Positions 57,901 through 64,000 of a stretch of DNA of 64,000 bases are shown in pieces. Below the pieces are notes generated by a model. The model ran no database searches. It was not told the origin of the DNA and saw nothing but the letters and a program-made list of their open reading frames with translations. Source of the DNA: Auanema rhodensis (lineage: Eukaryota; Animalia; Nematoda). The number at the start of each line of letters is the position of its first letter. The first letter of the stretch is position 1. Where the stretch lies: contig OZ059895.1 of assembly GCA_964057225.1 (NCBI GenBank), positions 434,001 through 498,000 on the forward strand. Direction: 5' to 3'. The position numbers were made by a program, and so were the translations under genes.

Positions 57901-58100
57901 GGCAAAAACGATAGACAATGTTATTCAACGAAAAAATTAATTCTTCAGGGTGAAAATCGAGGATATAAGTGTGAACTTATATCAGTTGATATCTCGGTGC
58001 ATTTTTAAGCTAGCGCAAATCTGATAACACAGATCGACGCAGCTTAAAAATCCGCATCGAATGCACTATACTACATTGAGAAACGCTTAATACAAAAATT
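54939..58100 (-). repeat. Block of about 4 monomers repeated at a 5-monomer offset (1757 bp, including two +1 insertions)
   Basis: The private variant GGCAAAAACG is at 56150 and 57907. The T5 insertion is at 56068 and 57825. Confidence 0.8.
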
Positions 58101-61100
58101 AGTTATGATCGTTTGAAAAATGATGCATTAGTGTATGTTGAGTTTCCATGTACACTCAACATTGCTTCCAAAAACATTTTGACAAAAATTTTTTTGAAAA
58201 ATTTCAAAATAATTTAGCAAAAAGTAGATGTTTTCAGATTCCATTTTTCAAAGCAAAGACGATGGACAATGTTATTCAACGAAAAAATTAATTCTTCAGG
58301 GTGAAAATCGAGGATATAAGTGTGAACTTATATCAGTTGATATCTCGGTGCATTTTTAAGTTAGCGCAAATCTGATAACACAGATCGACGCAGCTTAAAA
58401 ATTTGGATCGAATGCACTATACTACATTGAGAAACGCTTAATACAAAAATTAGTTATGATCGTTTGAAAAATGATGCATTAGTGTATGTTGAGTTTCCAT
58501 GTACACTCAACATTGCTTCCAAAAACATTTTGACAAAAATTTTTTCGAAAAATTTCAAAATAATTTAGCAAAAAGTAGATGTTTTTAGATTCCATTTTTC
58601 AAGGCAGAGACAATGGACAATGTTATTCAACGAAAAAAATGATTCTTCAGGGTGAAAATCGAGGATATAAGTGTGAACTTATATCAGTTGATATCTCGGT
58701 GCATTTTTAAGTTAGCGCAAATCTGATAACACAGATCGACGCAGCTTAAAAATTTGGATCGAATGCACTATACTACATTGAGAAACGCTTAATACAAAAA
58801 TTAGTTATGATCGTTTGAAAAATGATGCATTAGTGTATGTTGAGTTTCCATGTACACTCAACATTGCTTCCAAAAACATTTTGACAAAAATTTTTTCGAA
58901 AAATTTCAAAATAATTTAGCAAAAAGTAGATGTTTTTAGATTCCATTTTTCAAGGCAGAGACAATGGACAATGTTATTCAACGAAAAAAATGATTCTTCA
59001 GGGTGAAAATCGAGGATATAAGTGTGAACTTATATCAGTTGATATCTCGGTGCATTTTTAAGCTAGCGCAAATATGATAACACAGATCGACGCAGCTTAA
59101 AAATCCGCATCGAATGCACTATACTACATTGAGAAACGCTTAATACAAAAATTTGTTATGATCGTTTGAAAAATGATGCATTAGTGTATGTTGAGTTTCC
59201 ATGTACACTCAACATTGCTTCCAAAAACATTTTGACAAAAATTTTTTCGAAACATTTCAAAATAATTTAGCAAAAAGTAGATGTTTTTAGATTCCTTTTT
59301 TCAAGGCAAAGACGATGGACAATGTTATTCAACGAAAAAATTAATTCTTCAGGGTGAAAATCGAGGATATAAGTGTGAACTTATATCAGTTGATATCTCG
59401 GTGCATTTTTAAGCTAGCGCAAATCTGATAACACAAATCGACGCAGCTTAAAAATCCGCATCGAATGCACTATACTACATTGAGAAACGCTTAATACAAA
59501 AATTAGTTATGATCGTTTGAAAAATGATGCATTAGTGTATGTTGAGTTTCCATGTACACTCAACATTGCTTCCAAAAACATTTTGACAAAAATTTTTTCG
59601 AAAAATTTCAAAATAATTTAGCAAAAAGTAGATGTTTTTAGATTCCTTTTTTCAAGGCAAAGACGATGGACAATGTTATTCAACGAAAAAATTAATTCTT
59701 CAGGGTGAAAATCGAGGATATAAGTGTGAACTTATATCAGTTGATATCTCGGTGCATTTTTAAGCTAGCGCAAATCTGATAACACAGATCGACGCAGCTT
59801 AAAAATCCGCATCGAATGCACTATACTACATTGAGAAACGCTTAATACAAAAATTAGTTATGATCGTTTGAAAATTGATGCATTAGTGTATGTTGAGTTT
59901 CCATGTACACTCAACATTGCTTCCAAAAACATTTTGACAAAAATTTTTTCGAAACATTTCAAAATAATTTAGCAAAAAGTAGATGTTTTTAGATTCCTTT
60001 TTTCAAGGCAAAGACGATGGACAATGTTATTCAACGAAAAAATTAATTCTTCAGGGTGAAAATCGAGGATATAAGTGTGAACTTATATCAGTTGATATCT
60101 CGGTGCATTTTTAAGCTAGCGCAAATCTGATAACACAGATCGACGCAGCTTAAAAATCCGCATCGAATGCACTATACTACATTGAGAAACGCTTAATACA
60201 AAAATTAGTTATGATCGTTTGAAAATTGATGCATTAGTGTATGTTGAGTTTCCATGTACACTCAACATTGCTTCCAAAAACATTTTGACAAAAATTTTTT
60301 CGAAAAATTTCAAAATAATTTAGCAAAAAGTAGATGTTTTTAGATTTCATTTTTCAAAACAAAGACGATAGACAATGTTATTCAACGAAAAAATTAATTC
60401 TTCAGGGTGAAAATCGAGGATATATGTGTGAACTTATATCAGTTGATATCTCGGTGCATTTTTAAGTTAGCGCAAATCTGATAACACAAATCGACGCAGC
60501 TTAAAAATCCGCATCGAATGCACTATACTACATTGAGAAACGCTTAATACAAAAATTAGTTATGATCGTTTGAAAAATGATGCAATAGTGTATGTTGAGT
60601 TTCCATGTACACTCAACATTGCTTCCAAAAACATTTTTGACAAAACTTTTTTCGAAACATTTCAAAATAATTTAGCAAAAAGTAGATGTTTTTAGATTCC
60701 TTTTTTCAAGGCAAAGACGATGGACAATGTTATTCAACGAAAAAATTAATTCTTCAGGGAGAAAATCGAGGATATAAGTGTGAACTTATATCAGTTGATA
60801 TCTCGGGGCATTTTTAAGCTAGCGCAAATCTGATAACACAAATCGACGCAGCTTAAAAATCCGCATCGAATGCACTATACTACATTGAGAAACGCTTAAT
60901 ATAAAAATTAGTTATGATCGTTTGAAAAATGATGCATTAGTGTATGTTGAGTTTCCATGTACACTCAACATTGCTTCCAAAAACATTTTGACAAAAATTT
61001 TTTCGAAAAATTTCAAAATAATTTAGCAAAAAGTAGATGTTTTTAGATTTCATTTTTCAAGGCAAAGACGATAGACAATGTTATTCAACGAAAAAATTAA

Positions 61101-64000
61101 TTCTTCAGGGTGAAAATCGAGGATATAAGTGTGAACTTATATCAGTTGATATCTCGGTGCATTTTTAAGCTAGCGCAAATCTGATAACACAGATCGACGC
61201 AGCTTAAAAATCCGCATCGAATGCACTATACTACATTGAGAAACGCTTAATACAAAAATTAGTTATGATCGTTTGAAAAATGATGCATTAGTGTATGTTG
61301 AGTTTCCATGTACACTCAACATTGCTTCCAAAAACATTTTGACAAAAATTTTTTTGAAAAATTTCAAAATAATTTAGCAAAAAGTAGATGTTTTTAGATT
61401 CCATTTTTCAAAGCAAAGACGATGGACAATGTTATTCAACGAAAAAATTAATTCTTCAGGGTGAAAATCGAGGATATAAGTGTGAACTTATATCAGTTGA
61501 TATCTCGGTGCATTTTTAAGTTAGCGCAAATCTGATAACACAGATCGACGCAGCTTAAAAATTTGGATCGAATGCACTATACTACATTGAGAAACGCTTA
61601 ATACAAAAATTAGTTATGATCGTTTGAAAAATGATGCATTAGTGTATGTTGAGTTTCCATGTACACTCAACATTGCTTCCAAAAACATTTTGACAAAAAT
61701 TTTTTCGAAAAATTTCAAAATAATTTAGCAAAAAGTAGATGTTTTTAGATTCCATTTTTCAAAACAGAGACAATGGACAATGTTATTCAACGAAAAAAAT
61801 GATTCTTCAGGGTGAAAATCGAGGATATAAGTGTGAACTTATATCAGTTGATATCTCGGTGCATTTTTAAGCTAGCGCAAATATGATAACACAGATCGAC
61901 GCAGCTTAAAAATCCGCATCGAATGCACTATACTACATTGAGAAACGCTTAATACAAAAATTTGTTATGATCGTTTGAAAAATGATGCATTAGTGTATGT
62001 TGAGTTTCCATGTACACTCAACATTGCTTCCAAAAACATTTTGACAAAAATTTTTTCGAAAAATTTCAAAATAATTTAGCAAAAAGTAGATGTTTTTAGA
62101 TTCCATTTTTCAAAACAGAGACAATGGACAATGTTATTCAACGAAAAAAATGATTCTTCAGGGTGAAAATCGAGGATATAAGTGTGAACTTATATCAGTT
62201 GATATCTCGGTGCATTTTTAAGCTAGCGCAAATCTGATAACACAGATCGACGCAGCTTAAAAATCCGCATCGAATGCACTATACTACATTGAGAAACGCT
62301 TAATACAAAAATTAGTTATGATCGTTTGAAAAATGATGCATTAGTGTATGTTGAGTTTCCATGTACACTCAACATTGCTTCCAAAAACATTTTGACAAAA
62401 ATTTTTTCGAAAAATTTCAAAATAATTTAGCAAAAAGTAGATGTTTTTAGATTTCATTTTTCAAAACAAAGACGATAGACAATGTTATTCAACGAAAAAA
62501 TTAATTCTTCAGGGTGAAAATCGAGGATATATGTGTGAACTTATATCAGTTGATATCTCGGTGCATTTTTAAGTTAGCGCAAATCTGATAACACAAATCG
62601 ACGCAGCTTAAAAATCCGCATCGAATGCACTATACTACATTGAGAAACGCTTAATACAAAAATTAGTTATGATCGTTTGAAAAATGATGCAATAGTGTAT
62701 GTTGAGTTTCCATGTACACTCAACATTGCTTCCAAAAACATTTTGACAAAAATTTTTTCGAAAAATTTCAAAATAATTTAGCAAAAAGTAGATGTTTTTA
62801 GATTTCATTTTTCAAAACAAAGACGATAGACAATGTTATTCAACGAAAAAATTAATTCTTCAGGGTGAAAATCGAGGATATATGTGTGAACTTATATCAG
62901 TTGATATCTCGGTGCATTTTTAAGTTAGCGCAAATCTGATAACACAGATCGACGCAGCTTAAAAATTTGGATCGAATGCACTATACTACATTGAGAAACG
63001 CTTAATACAAAAATTAGTTATGATCGTTTGAAAAATGATGCATTAGTGTATGTTGAGTTTCCATGTACACTCAACATTGCTTCCAAAAACATTTTGACAA
63101 AAATTTTTTCGAAAAATTTCAAAATAATTTAGCAAAAAGTAGATGTTTTTAGATTCCTTTTTTCAAGGCAAAGACGATGGACAATGTTATTCAACGAAAA
63201 AATTAATTCTTCAGGGAGAAAATCGAGGATATAAGTGTGAACTTATATCAGTTGATATCTCGGGGCATTTTTAAGCTAGCGCAAATCTGATAACACAAAT
63301 CGACGCAGCTTAAAAATCCGCATCGAATGCACTATACTACATTGAGAAACGCTTAATACAAAAATTAGTTATGATCGTTTGAAAAATGATGCATTAGTGT
63401 ATGTTGAGTTTCCATGTACACTCAACATTGCTTCCAAAAACATTTTGACAAAAATTTTTTCGAAAAATTTCAAAATAATTTAGCAAAAAGTAGATGTTTT
63501 TAGATTCCATTTTTCAAGGCAGAGACAATGGACAATGTTATTCAACGAAAAAAATGATTCTTCAGGGTGAAAATCGAGGATATAAGTGTGAACTTATATC
63601 AGTTGATATCTCGGTGCATTTTTAAGCTAGCGCAAATATGATAACACAGATCGACGCAGCTTAAAAATCCGCATCGAATGCACTATACTACATTGAGAAA
63701 CGCTTAATACAAAAATTTGTTATGATCGTTTGAAAAATGATGCATTAGTGTATGTTGAGTTTCCATGTACACTCAACATTGCTTCCAAAAACATTTTGAC
63801 AAAAATTTTTTCGAAACATTTCAAAATAATTTAGCAAAAAGTAGATGTTTTTAGATTCCTTTTTTCAAGGCAAAGACGATGGACAATGTTATTCAACGAA
63901 AAAATTAATTCTTCAGGGTGAAAATCGAGGATATAAGTGTGAACTTATATCAGTTGATATCTCGGTGCATTTTTAAGCTAGCGCAAATCTGATAACACAA

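Larger units (their letters stand above)
1..64000. repeat. Tandem satellite DNA array, 351-bp AT-rich monomer, about 182 copies, open at both window ends; probably (peri)centromeric heterochromatin
   Basis: ATATAAGTTCACAC recurs at 1, 352, 703 and onward. TACACTCAA recurs at 3041+351n up to 56042. Monomers differ from each other by only a few substitutions. Monomer 1 has 110/351 G+C by hand count. The centromeric location is inference only. Confidence 0.98.
2990..64000 (-). repeat. Reverse-orientation satellite block (about 174 monomers)
   Basis: From TAGTTATGATCG (2990) onward the sequence is the reverse complement of the monomer in 1-2991. No further orientation switch or foreign insertion was seen. 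Confidence 0.97.

Noticed and set aside
1-64000. CRISPR array or integron-cassette-like array suggested by regularly spaced palindromes
   Set aside because: The sequence between palindromes is also repeated, so there are no unique spacers or cassettes. No cas or integrase ORF is present.

Overview
The whole 64 kb window is one AT-rich tandem satellite array with a 351-bp monomer (about 31% GC by hand count of monomer 1; about 182 copies). I see no gene, RNA gene, CRISPR array or transposon. The array switches orientation once, at 2990-2991, joining about 8.5 forward monomers to about 174 reverse-complement monomers. The join has a 2-bp TA microhomology and a 49-nt spacer, and it falls in the loop of a hairpin present in every monomer. 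The monomer carries several dyad symmetries, including a 67-nt imperfect hairpin. Monomer length is very stable: exact 351-bp phase holds from 3041 to 56042, and only four net +1 T insertions follow. Reading SNP variants monomer by monomer shows four variant domains, local 3-, 4-, 5-, 6- and 8-monomer duplications, a recurring degenerate monomer order and mosaic monomers. This architecture is typical of eukaryotic (peri)centromeric satellite DNA (inference). I do not recognise the species or satellite family. All ORFs in the track are by-products of the repeat. I find no support for a new protein-based system; the novel content is structural.
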